DNA of 64,000 bases from Sphagnum compactum. Its lineage: Eukaryota. The notes beneath the pieces are model-generated. The model did not search any database, was not told where the DNA came from, and saw only the letters and a program-made list of their open reading frames with translations. Where the stretch lies: positions 20,946,213 to 21,010,212 of the forward strand of contig OZ234493.1 in NCBI GenBank assembly GCA_965153455.1. Direction: 5' to 3'. How positions within the stretch are numbered: position 1 is the first letter of the stretch; each line of letters begins with the position of its first letter. Of this stretch, positions 52,407-64,000 are shown in pieces. The translations under genes and the position numbers were made by a program.

Positions 52407-55379
52407 GTCAAACCTTCACAACCTTCTACAAGATGTACTTTGAAATTTTGCTTAGAAGGAATACAAATTACACTTGAAAAACAAGATAAGATTTCAACCC
52501 GAGGGGTTTTCTTTTTCAATGTGTGTTCGAAGTGGATTGACATTTACACAATACACATGTAAGCCATGCAAGAGATTGAGTATTCCAAGATAACCATTTT
52601 TAGAAATTGGGAATAACTTCATATGATTTTTGATGGGCTTTCAAAGGCGTTGCATATTGATATTGAATAAAAATGTGGGCATTTTTAGTCACATATGATT
52701 ATTTGTATCTATTGCACATTATTGAAATATATGTGCCATGTTGTCTACTTATGACATATTGCAAGCTTGAAAATGTAAATGATGTTATCATCACTTCTTG
52801 CATTGCCATACATGGTGTAAAACAAAAGAAGAATCCTAGATACACATCAAAATTCTCAAACCATATTTTTCAAAGTTGTTCAACTACGTTCAACCCACAC
52901 AAAAAGTAAAAGACTTTATGCTTACATTATGTACTCAAAACCAAAACTTATGAACGTATGCATCTTCAATATTATTATTTTTTCCATTTCAAATACATAA
53001 TTATACATTGAGGCATATCAAAAGATGATGAATGGGAGACATTTTTTAGCTAGAGAGGCACCATATTTCAAATGCCCCAAAAATCACAAAATGTTTTTAA
53101 ACCATTGAATCATTTTGCTATTGACAATGAGAGGCAACCTTTTCCATTATGAGACCACCATCAAGACAATAATATCGGTAAAAACAACATTCATTTTATG
53201 CATTTAATAAATATTGGTCATGCTCTTCCACATTAGTTTTTATATGGAAATATTGTTCCATGTATCCATTTATATTATAATATATAAAATAGAGGGAAAA
53301 TAAACTTTTCAAGGTGCTAGAAACACAAGTAGAAAAACTATCTTTTATGACTTGTCTTATGCAATTACATGTGTCGCATGCAACTAAAAGATAGTTTCAT
53401 GTGACGTTTTTTAGTTGCATATGACACATTTAATTGCATAAGACAAGTTGCAAAAGTTTTTTTCTCTACTCTATAAATAAATATTTAAGCATATGTATTT
53501 TTATATATAGAACAAAATGATGGTACATTTTTGGCCACATGTGCATTAGGGGACCACCATCAAGACAATAATATCGGTAAAAACAACATTCATTTTATGC
53601 ATTTAATAAATATTGGTCATGCTCCATTGTTCCAAAAAAAATTTATACGAAAATATTGTTCTTTGTTCCCATTTATATTATATTATATAAAATAGAAAAA
53701 TAAAAAACTTGTTAGTGTGCTAGAAACACAAATAGAGAAACTATCTTTTGTGACTTGTCTTATGCAATTACATGTGTCGTATGCAACTTAAAGATAGTTG
53801 CATGTGACATTTTTTAGTTGCATAAGAGAAGTTGCAAAAGACAAGTTGCAAGCTCACTTTTACAATTGATTCTATCCCCGAGTATATCAATTCATGTGCA
53901 ACTATAGTTGACATGAAGATCAAGTCCTCTTAATTTAAAAATTACTAGAGTTGTGTTACATTTGTTTTGAGTAAATGATGATCTCTACTATGTGAAAGTT
54001 AAATAAAGGATTTTGAAAGACACAAATTTGCAACATTCTAACAATTATCACCTAATCAATAGTGGATAGCATAGCTCTAGTTTTCTATGTTACTCCACTT
54101 TGGAGGATTAGATCGCGTTTCATAGATTTCAATTATAGCAAATCATGAAATTTGGTTATACTACATGCCCATATATACGAGTCAAACACATTGCTAGATT
54201 CAATAGTAGTGTAATTTCAAATCACAGTTTTGCACATAAATGTTGGTTGTACAAACTAGAAACGCCCAAAAAATTGTGGGTTGGTTTTATAAATGTTAAA
54301 TCTACCATTGCAGTGCGCAAAGGATATGCATTTAACAAATATTGGTCGTGCTCCATTGTTCCAAAAAAAATTTATACGAAAATATTGTTCTTTGTTCCCA
54401 TTTATATTATATTATATAAAATAGAAAAGTAAAAAACTTGTCAGTGTGCTAGAAACAAGTAGAGAAACTATCTTTTGTGACTTGTCTTATGCAATTACAT
54501 GTGTCGCATGCAACTAAAAGATAGTTGCATGTGACATTTTTTAGTTGCATAAGACAAGTTGCAAAAGACAAGTTGCAAGCTCACTTTTACAATTGACTCT
54601 ATCCCCAAGTATATCAATTCATGTGCAACTATAGTTGACATGAAGATCAAGTCTTGTTGCACTTGTATATGAGAATATAGGTTGAACTATAAAGATAATT
54701 CGTGCATGTTTAGGGCATCATTTGTGGGAGTTACAATCCTTTCATTGGTATCTATTTGGAATTTGCATGTTCGTTGTATCATGACCTTTGTATGTGCTTG
54801 TAAACTTATTCAAAACATTTTTTTATTGATACACATATTTTCACATTTATGTGACAATAGTATTTTGTTGGTAACCGTAAAGGTCGATCAAATGATTGAC
54901 CTTTATTATCCCATTCAAAGTGTTATGGTGCAAACATTGTTTATTCATAATTGAAAATGATTTCAACGGCTACAATGAGAATTTGCTTTAACAAATCTTT
55001 CAAGTTAAATTTTGTGCATCAAACCTCTTTCATGCAAGGACATTTGGAATCAAGAATAATTTTACATTGGGGTTCTTTGTTAATGATCATAAGTTAACCT
55101 TCAAATGCTTATGCTTTCTATAATGCAACATTGTAAAAAATATAATGAAGTAAAATTGTAAAAGTGAAGCGCTGTAATAAAATATCCACAAAATTAATAA
55201 AAACAAAGAGTAAAACTTTGGGTTTTATTGAACCTAAGGATGATAGTCAAAATGTAGGATGGGATCACACCAAAAGGAAATAATAAAAGAGTTAGGAAAC
55301 TCAAATCTAAGAAAACCCAAATTTCCTTGCTAACATTGGATGCATTGATTTATTTTGTCTTCTTGTTTTTGCTTATGTG

Positions 55380-55880
55380 TATCTAGGGGTCTACCTGGGA
55401 TCTTAGGGATAGTAGGGAATTACATGAGGCCTACCTAAATGGTTAAAGAGGGATTTTCTAGGTTAAGGGATACTTAATGGTTATTTAGGAGGCTATTTAG
55501 GGTTTACTCATAATGCGAGAGAGTGTTACATAAACTTACTTAAGGGCCTACCAAAGACATGGGCTATCAAAAGCTTACATATGTATCACCTTAAGTAGCC
55601 TTTAGGTGTCCCCTAACTTGAGTGGGTCCCTATGTAGCACTTTAGCTAATTCCTATTTAATCTTGTGTGTAAACTTTTGATAGCCTTCATTTTAGATAAT
55701 CCCTAGGTAGGCCTTAAGTGTGCCCTAGGTAGTCCCTTAAATAGCTCCTAAGTGTGCCTTAGGTCGCCCCCTACATAGCCCTAGTCTAGATAGTCCCCTT
55801 AGGACCTTCATAGGTAGACCGTAGGTGACCACTAGATTGCTCCTAACCCAGTTAGCCCCCTACCCTAGGTAAACCCCTAA
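55380..55880. repeat. Right subterminal array of GGGCTACCTAG/CTAGGTAGCCC motifs with orientation switch near 55590
   Basis: The inner part reads ggggtctacct/ggcctaccta and the outer part reads cctaggtaggcc/cctaggtagtccc, a mirror image of the left array. Confidence 0.85.
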
Positions 55881-56030
55881 TCTATGTGATGATAGCTCAC
55901 GTTAACTATAGAGTGGTTAGAATAGAAAAAATGGTAACCACTTGGGAGTGTTTCATCCTTAGTTTTGAGGAGTGATGCTCATGTTGATGGACATTATGGA
56001 TAGCTTAAAAGGAGGATGGGTGGTAGGTAG

Positions 56031-56110
56031 AGCAAGACTGGTTCTACCCATCCTGAGTTCATGATGCTCAAGCAAGACTGGTTCTACCCATCTTGAGTTC
56101 ATGATGCTCA
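56031..56110 (+). repeat. 40-bp tandem duplication
   Basis: AGCAAGACTGGTTCTACCCATC(C/T)TGAGTTCATGATGCTCA, two copies with one mismatch. Confidence 0.95.
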
Positions 56111-56980
56111 TTTCAGTTGCCAGAGTAAGGCATCACAGCAGCAGCAGGGTTCATAAAAATGAAGAAGGTAAAGCATTTATGCTAGTTCTCCACATAGTTG
56201 ATCCCACCCAAAGCTCTGCAGTTTCCACATTCACATGGAAATAGATCCGCAAAATAAGATTGAGAGACAGGTTAGCCAAGTTAGACCTAGTCTTTTGTTT
56301 TACTGAAGGATTCTTGTACATGTTGATGCTGAATGTCTAAAATGTTAACATCATGATACAAACAATCATCATATTGCAACAATCTTGCAAACTTTCTGTA
56401 GGAAACATCAACGTTAAAAGCTCCAGTTGACACATGCTACTCCTTCATAGTATGATAAAAGTGTCCATTCAAACAGTGGTCAGATGATTGACAACTTGCA
56501 TTCACATTTTCTTCCCTCAGCATTGTGTGTTCTTTGGACTGTCTACTTCGTGATGTTCCAAGATATCTTCCTGCCTCAGGTTTGCCTGCCAGTCTCATTT
56601 GCCAAAAATATGCGCTCCTCCATAGACCTTCCTGGAGTGACAGCAGCATTACTTTTCAATCTTCAGTCTAGTGGTGGTGCAACATACGATGTTCGAAGAA
56701 ACTAACAACTGAAGCCAATAGATGGAATTTCAATCTCAACTCCTGCGATTACGATTGGAGTTTGCCAAGAGTAAAGAGAGAAAAAAAGCAAGACATGGAG
56801 AAGATAGTAACCCTAAAACCGCGAATTCGCCATCTACAACATAAACACAGTGATGCAAAGCTCAAAATTATTCGCAAAAACTCCTCCTGCAAAGGAATAA
56901 GTCCCCGCCAAAAAAAAAAGAATCTTGCTCACCTCGAGAAATCGTATGAGCATCCCAGAACCTGCTGTCACGCACTCGAT

Positions 56981-57208
56981 CTATGAAGATCCAGAGGCAG
57001 ACGCCTTCTGTGTCTGGGGCTGCTGCTGCTGTTGCCGCGCCTTCTCTTTCTCAAAGGTTTCCACTGCCTCCTGCAGATCATCAGAGCCGCCTACTGCTTT
57101 CATGGTGTAGAAGTAGATCGACGCCACAAACGCCGAGAGCCCCCCTGCCACCAGTAGGTTTTGTGCCTTCCCCCTCTCCATCCCCAGCCATTTTCCGGCC
57201 CCCGCCAT
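56981..57208 (-). CDS. COA3: Small single-TM protein, plant COA3/CCDC56-like cytochrome c oxidase assembly factor, 75 aa
   Basis: MAGAGKW...NLLVAGGLSAFVASIYFYTMKAVGGSDDLQEAVETFE. The N..VAGGL..FV...Y.YTM.AVGG.D.LQ pattern is the plant family signature as I recall it. Confidence 0.8.
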   Translation of the reverse strand: MAGAGKWLGMERGKAQNLLVAGGLSAFVASIYFYTMKAVGGSDDLQEAVETFEKEKARQQQQQPQTQKASASGSS

Positions 57209-57439
57209 CGCTATCTTACGCCACAACTACGACAACACGCAACACAGATCTTCAGTCCGCCAACAGAGAGTCGTGTTCTTGTTGCCAGAAGCAGACACCT
57301 CTCAGCAGCTGATCTTACCCTAACCCTAACCCTAATTCAGTTTTGATTGTGGAAAGATTCACAGATGGGAGTTGAGAGAAGTCGAGAGAGAGAAAAAGAA
57401 CAGAGATTTTGGTGACCGAGAACAGTGTGTTCCTCTGCT
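57209..57439. promoter_or_regulatory. Compact bidirectional promoter with telo-box-like repeats
   Basis: 231 bp between the divergent ATGs. TTACCCTAACCCTAACCCTAA at ~57315-57335. AAACCCTA repeats also occur in DDX10 intron 1 (~57875-57892). Confidence 0.7.
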
Positions 57440-60400
57440 ATGGCTGTCCCATCGCCAGGGTCGAGAAGAGATGAGAAAAGGAAAGTGAAGAAAGTGGTGA
57501 AGGGAGGAGGAGGAGGAGGAGGAGGTGGGAAATGGAAAAGGAAGAAGGTGGATGATCAGGACGAGATCGACGCTCTGGAAACCAGAATTGCAGCGGGAGC
57601 ACCTGCTCCTGGTTCCAATCCCTTGGCAGTAATCCTACCCAAGGAAGATGAGGAGGGAAGTCGCGTGGAACCCAGGCCTTACGTTGGAGCTAAACGTTTC
57701 ACGCAGTTGCCGCTCTCAGACCGGACTCAACGAGGCTTGAAGGATGCCAAGTATACGCACATGACCGCCATCCAGAGGGCGTCCTTGCCTCACGCCTTAT
57801 GTGGCCACGATGTCTTGGGAGCTGCCAAGACCGGCTCGGGCAAAACCCTCGCATTCCTCATTCCGGTTCTTCCCCCTAAACCCTAAACCCTACCTTTCTC
57901 CTTCTCTCTTGCCCTCAATTCTTTTCATGCTTCAAGTGGACATTCTAATCTCCAGTCTTTGCGTGCAGTAGATATGAAAAAGTGCACTGCAAAGCCTTTT
58001 TCATAGTTTGCAGTAATTTGGATGTAACTAGTATACTGCCTTGGCTGATTGCAATACAAAGGATTAGTGGTTTTGGTAATAGAGAAGGTGCTTAGAATGG
58101 TGTTGGGAAATGTTTTGTTTGTGGCTTCAGGTGATAGAGAAGCTGTATCGTCTTCGATGGGGTGCAATGGATGGAATTGGGGCAGTGATTATCTCTCCCA
58201 CCCGAGAACTTGCAATGCAGATATTTGATGAGCTTCGTAAGGTGGGTAAGCATCACTCCTTAAGTGGGGGGCTGCTGATTGGTGGGCGCAAGGGAGTGGA
58301 AACAGAGAAGGAGACAGTAGCAGGCCTCAATATCCTGGTGTGCACACCTGGCAGGCTGTTGCAGCACATGGATGAGACCCCCAATTTCGACTGCTCACAG
58401 CTGCAGGTGAGTTTAGAAACTTGGCCCTTCCTTTCTGGAGTTCAGTCTTTTGTAATACTCTGGGATGTACATGACCTGCTCCTTGTGGCATTTGCTGCAT
58501 TGCATTGTGGAGGTGTTAGTATCCTTTGTCTACTTTGCATGTATTGCTCATCTTCTTCTGGAGTCTGTTGTCAATGTGAAAGATTTTGTGGTGTGATGGT
58601 GTGCTCGATGGCAGGTGTTGGTATTGGATGAGGCAGACCGTATTCTGGACATGGGGTTTGCAGGCACATTGAATGCGATATTGGCACAGCTGTCAAAAGA
58701 GAGGCAGACTATGCTTTTCTCAGCAACTCAGACACGGTCTGTTCAAGATCTGGCACGTTTAAGCATGTCTGACCCTGAGTTTCTTGCAGTGCATGCGGAA
58801 TCGGCTGCTGCAACACCTGCACGGTTACACCAGACAGCTATGATTGTACCATTGGATGAGAAGTTGGATATGCTTTGGAGTTTTATAAAGACTCACCTTC
58901 ACAACAAGACCCTTGTGTTTCTATCAAGCTGCAAACAGGTATCCTGTCTTTTTTCCTTTTATTATCAGTTCAGGGTCCTCATACGGCTTGATTCTGGAGG
59001 TTTGGGTGTTACATTATCACAGTTGAGGTGTAGGAGGGCCCTGACTGGAAATCTCCAATCAACCATTCATCTTCAGGGTTATTGGGTATTCAGTCCCTTC
59101 TGCATTGTGTCTTGTACCTTTGGTTATGACATCCCTTATTGTTGGATGCTTTTTCATGTTAACTATTGATGAGCAGTGCACATTGTGGGCCATGGTGAGA
59201 GCAGGTGAAATTTGTGCATGATGCATTCCGACATTTACGGCCTGGGGTCCCTTTGATGTGTTTGCATGGGCGCATGAAGCAAATGCAGCGCATGGTGGTG
59301 TTTTTCAAATTTTGTGAAACCAAACATGCAGTATTGTTTGCTACAGATGTGGCTGCTCGTGGCTTGGACTTCCCAACTGTTGACTGGGTAGTTCAGGTGT
59401 TGTCAGTGTTCCTATCCCACAAACAACTGGTCCCATGAAATAACTATGGATTAGGTCTAAGGAAATTCGAGCTTGCACATCCACCCGTTGCAATGTACAA
59501 CACATTGTAGCCTCCCGTCTGGTCAACACCTAGATGCAGGAGTTTTTATTTGGGTGTCTGATTGCATTGGACTTTGTCAAGTGGTCATCTCAATTATCCA
59601 GAGCTGGTAGACAGTCCACATATCAGGTTTTGTAACATGAAACTGCATGCTATGATATATAGGTGGATTGCCCAGAGGATGTTCCATCATACATACACCG
59701 CGTAGGTCGCACAGCACGCTACACTGCAACAGGCCGTTCCCTCATGTTTCTGTTACCTTCAGAGCAGAGTATGCTTGCAGCACTTGAGGCAATGAAGATC
59801 CCGATCAAGTTGATTAAGGTTTTTGCTTACCTTTTGCTTTCCTAATTGTCTGGCAGCCTCTCAAAGCAGTTTGTCATGTGAGCTCTTAATGATTGTAATC
59901 TCAAGGCCTCTGTAGCATGGTAGGTGGATGGGACTTTTTATACTGAGGGTGCTGCATTCTTGCATGTCTCTGTGATTATGATCATCCAACTTTGTGTTGC
60001 TACATGGTCAATTCAATTCATTGGTTGCATGAATACATCTTAAAGGTGATTGTTTGGTGGGGAACTTTGCAGAATGAGAATAGGAGATGTTCGTCTCAAC
60101 CCTTTACCATTCCGTGAAGTTTCTGTTTTATACTAAATGACTGTTGTGTATGACAGGCAAACCAGGCTAAGATGCAGCCAGTTTCAGGGGCACTGGCAGG
60201 GCTACTTTCTAAAGACCCAGACTTGAAGTACATGGCCCAGCGTGCTTTTGTCACTTATCTACGCTCAATACATTTGAGATCTGATAAGTCAATCTTTGAT
60301 GTTCATCAGCTTCCTCATGCTGAGTATGCAGCATCCTTGGGCTTGCCCACAACACCTCGCATAAGGTTTTTGAGGAAAGGGTCTAAATCAAGTAAACAAG

Positions 60401-62620
60401 GGACTGGTGGAGACTCTGACCAGGTAAGATGCTGATTCTGAGAGGAATTTTAGATCTACTTGCCTTTCTTCAAATCTGACTCAATGAAGGGTTTAGGTTT
60501 TAGGGTTCCTCATTAACTAGTTTGTAGTATTAGTACTAGCTTTGATTTCAATGCATCTCAACGGTTGGAATGAAATGGCATCCTTAATTGTGGTGTGGAC
60601 AACCATCAGCATGGGATGTTCAGAGTTACACAGGTGTCACACATGCAATAACACACTCTAGACAAATGTCATAAGTCATATCTTTGATTGCTGTGATGAA
60701 GTGTGAAAAGTTACGTGCTGCAGAGTTAAGGAACAATTCAATGAAGTTGATTGTTGTAAATAGTTTTCTGGAAGATGTCATCTGGATCATCGCAGAAACA
60801 GAAATAAAGTCAAAAATTCTGGCAGTAAGAGATTACCAAAGCAGTAGACTGCAGTTCTGTTGTATGTCATTGAACAAATGCTGTCGTACATTTATATTAT
60901 TTTGCCTTGTAGGCCACCAAGGTCACTGAGGTTATGCATTGGGTACAGGATGTAAGTGAAGCAGGTAGTGATGAAGATGTTGAACCTCAAGATGGCAAGG
61001 AGGTCAAACATATGGCTCTCAATGACGAGGCCAAGACAGAAGTGCAGGAGGGAGATGAGAAGAATGCCAAGAAGAGAAGCAAACTGGACCGACTATTTAA
61101 TCGAAAAAACAACACTGTGCTGTCATCAGCATTTGTGAGAATGAGGGCACAAGATGAAGATGACATGGAGAGTGATGACAACCATGGGACTGATGAAGAT
61201 GAATTTCTTCAAAAGAAGAGACCTCGGAAAAGTTTGGATGACGAGGATGAAGACCAAGAAGCAAAACAGATGAAGGCAAAGAGGTGGGTGATCCAACTGT
61301 TTATTTCCCTTAGTGTTTAGGGAGGAATCCTTCCTGGAACTGTAGGAAGGTTGTTGGGCACCTATGGATGGTGAACTTCATGGCTCAAAGATGATGTCCA
61401 GTATGAATCTTGTATTTGTGAACAGTCTTTTGGGGATTTGTAGGCTGCAGAGTGACTACATTTATTGGACTATGGTTATTGTGCAAGTATGAAAGAATGG
61501 AGAGTCTCTCTACCAAGGAAGTGACGGTATAGCTCTTTAAATCATCTCTTGCATCTCTTGCCCTAGTTCCAGGTCTCTCAGTTCAGTGGTGGCAACCTGC
61601 CAGGTCTTTGGGGGTGTTTACAAGTATCATGGTACCTGGCCATGTCACTGAAGGGTGGTAGGAAACTTTTCTCCTTTGCAGCTCTGGTGTGAAGGTTTTG
61701 AAAAAGAAGAAGCTAAAGATTGACACAAGTAGGGCTGGAGGACAGCGGATGGTGTTTGATGAGGAGGGCACTGCTATGCCACCTCTTGCAGCCCTTGCCC
61801 AGCAGAGAAATGAATCTGGTGGCCTCACAGGTAAGACAGGGATGTACCTCATATTCTCTAGAAAACATGTGTTTAGGATCAATGAATCTGAGTGCAAATG
61901 ACACAGCATGAGGTATGCTAGGTTAAAGTGTCCCTGCTCCCAGCATTAGCTGAGGGTGTCAGTGCATGAGCAGTGTCTGAGTTTTTCAGGATCGGCAGAT
62001 GGTTTGTAGTGACACAGGCAAGTTTGTTTTCCATTTGTTTTAATCAGTGAGAACTTTGAGCTTGAACTTATATGTGAGAAGTTGTGCTTATGTGAAATCA
62101 AAGATGTGCTCACATATTCTTGGGAGTGCTGGGGCTATACTTAACAGGGATGTTGGAAGACATTGCAATGGCAGCTGGAGAACGTTTCAGACAGCTGAAA
62201 GTGGAAATGAAGCAGCGTGACAAGGAGGATAGGTTATTAGAGAAACAGCGGCTTCGGGAGAAGAGACACAAAAAGAAACAAAAAGCCAAGGCAGGAGCAG
62301 AGGATGATGAGGATGAGGCTGTTGGCATCAAGTTGGGCCATGCTGTGCCTACAGATGAGATAAGTAATAGCGAGAGTGAAGAAGAAGACGACTACAAAAA
62401 ACGAAAGGGACAAACTCAGGAGTATGAGTCAAGCGAGGTGGAGGGTGGTAGTGAAGAAAGTGATATGCCTCTGCGGAAGCAGAAAAGTAGGGGAAGAAAA
62501 AGTAGGACAGTCAAAAGGGAAGAGGAAGGCGAAACTAGGGTTTCAGGTGGAGTTGATGAATTATCTCTTGCTGAGCAAGAAATACTTGCGCTCAAGCTTC
62601 TCAAGATGAGGCGGAAATAG
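57440..62620 (+). CDS. DDX10: DEAD-box RNA helicase DDX10/DBP4 (plant RH32), ~877 aa, 9 exons
   Basis: Exons 57440-57865, 58131-58406, 58615-58938, 59205-59396, 59663-59818, 60157-60423, 60913(or 60949)-61283, 61682-61830 and 62148-62620. Motifs [42 protein letters not shown], plus the DBP4-type [18 protein letters not shown] and [11 protein letters not shown]. Confidence 0.93.
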
Positions 62621-63534
62621 AAATTTGAGTTTTAGGATTTTGAGTTTTATGTGTATGGCTAAATTGTCCATAAATCCTTGAAGTGCAGAAGCCCAAAGAG
62701 TTTTGCTAGATAAGTAGGGCAATGACACGAGGATCTCTGTTGAAATTCAGGACACAGGAATAGTGGGTAGTCTAGACAGGTCATTTTCTCCTCTGAAACT
62801 CAATGGTCAAGTTTTTCTGTCTGGAGCCACAACCCCATGTAACCACCACTAATCTTCTTGTTGGAAGCAAAATTATTACATTCACAAGACAATTGGCTAA
62901 TCGTTCCCTCTCTGGGTCTGTGTCTGTATGCATGTCTGTGTCTGTCTGTGTCTCTCTCTATATCTGCATCTGACTCTCTCTCCAAACAAGGACAGAATTT
63001 GCTTGCAAAGAGGGTTTTCACAGTCCCCAAAGGTGGCTCCAAATCCAAATGGGGAGTCTCTTTTTGGGAAATGCTTGAAACAAAATTGGGGTGCAAACAA
63101 ATTTGCATGTGCATGCAATACCCCTCACATTTTGCTCCTGAATGAATTGCATGCAGTGTCAACTCCTGGAGGTCGAAATTTTTTGGTTGGTAACTGTGCA
63201 CGGTGCGGGTTTCTCTTGATGCTTTGTGGTTCTTATGATGATTTGTTGCTTTCTGTTGGTAATTACAGATTTTAAGTGGGGTTGATGATGATAGAACACA
63301 CTGCACGACATATTTTGGATGAAGATCAGTAAAAATATGTGAGACAGGCTCAATAAAATGGTTGTGACTCAGCATTTTTGCTCGAGATTCTGGGACTGGC
63401 AAAAGCCATAGTGAGTCTAACACCTGCTCATGATCAGTAGAATGGCTGTGGCTCAGTTTTTTGCTCAATATGCTGAGACTGGCAAAAGCCATAGCAGAGT
63501 CTAACAGCTGCTCTTGATCGGCCGGATGTATTGA

Positions 63535-64000
63535 TTAGTCCAGGTGGTTTGTTATTAGTGTCCCAGGTTCATGTGCATGGTTGGGGGTTGGAATCAAGAA
63601 ATACTGTTGCAGGGTCAAATGCCGAGTATGGGTGGCGCTGCTCGGAGGAGGAAGTTTGCTGCAGGGCTCCATTTGAAAGGTCGTTGATGAAGAAGAAGAC
63701 GACGACGACGGAAGTTTGCGGCACTGGTTATTGAGGAGTCTGTCCAGCAATATTATGGCGACGTCAAAAGGCGAGGCTGCAAAAGTTGTGGAAGGAGGAG
63801 GGGGAGGAGGAGAGAAGAAGCCGGAATCATCGGCGGGTGGTGAAGGAGATGATCCTCTTGTAGCAGCAGAGAAGAAGGCAGAGGAGATATCTTCTCCTCC
63901 TCCGGAACCAGATACAATAGGCATGTACACGGTGTGGGCCATGCCGCCAGACTACATTGCGAGTCTGCATTTGGTGATGACACAGCTGAGCGAGATGCAC
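63535..64000 (-). other. Possible 3' part of a minus-strand gene entering from beyond the window
   Basis: GC-richer stretch with Ser/Pro-rich low-complexity ORFs (63535-63942; the 63753 frame is open to the window edge). No recognisable domain and the frame is undetermined. Confidence 0.3.

Larger units (their letters stand above)
43230..54326 (+). repeat. Segmental duplication copy B
   Basis: Direct repeat of 22860-31967 with an extra 44960-46941. Confidence 0.95.
16036..56023. mobile_element. Putative giant (~40 kb) TIR-bounded non-autonomous element carrying a P450 cluster
   Basis: 16036-16162 aligns colinearly with the reverse complement of 55901-56023, including the exact 19-mer CCTCAAAACTAAGGATGAA (16093-16111 vs 55952-55970). 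TA flanks both putative termini. Mirror-image subterminal arrays follow each end, and base composition changes at both borders. No transposase seen inside. Confidence 0.55.

Noticed and set aside
62800-63492. 230-aa minus-strand ORF and overlapping ORFs
   Set aside because: They span microsatellite-like and repeated sequence (including a direct repeat at ~63369/63452) and have no domain.

Overview
Eukaryotic, intron-containing plant DNA. The LTR ends and dispersed repeats look to me like a moss (Sphagnum-like); this is recall-based inference. Housekeeping genes sit at both ends: a TMEM230-family gene at ~8.5-9.3 kb, and a divergent COA3-like / DDX10 (DBP4) pair at ~57-62.6 kb. Between them is a sharply delimited, very AT-rich ~40 kb island (~16036-56023). 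Its two ends are diverged inverted copies of one ~130-bp sequence, each followed by a mirror-image array of GGGCTACCTAG-type motifs. The only genes I recognise inside form a birth-and-death array of CYP71-clan cytochrome P450s: two intact near-identical genes with a 22-nt micro-exon, one full-length pseudogene, one fragment, and three promoter/3'-end fusions that lack the CDS. The island also holds segmental duplications, MITEs and a ~93-bp satellite. The best candidate for a new system is a giant, apparently non-autonomous, TIR-bounded element carrying P450 cargo. The first 7 kb hold a decayed CRE-like non-LTR retrotransposon. It is interrupted by an LTR insertion with a 5-bp TSD, which in turn contains an antisense Gypsy pol fragment.
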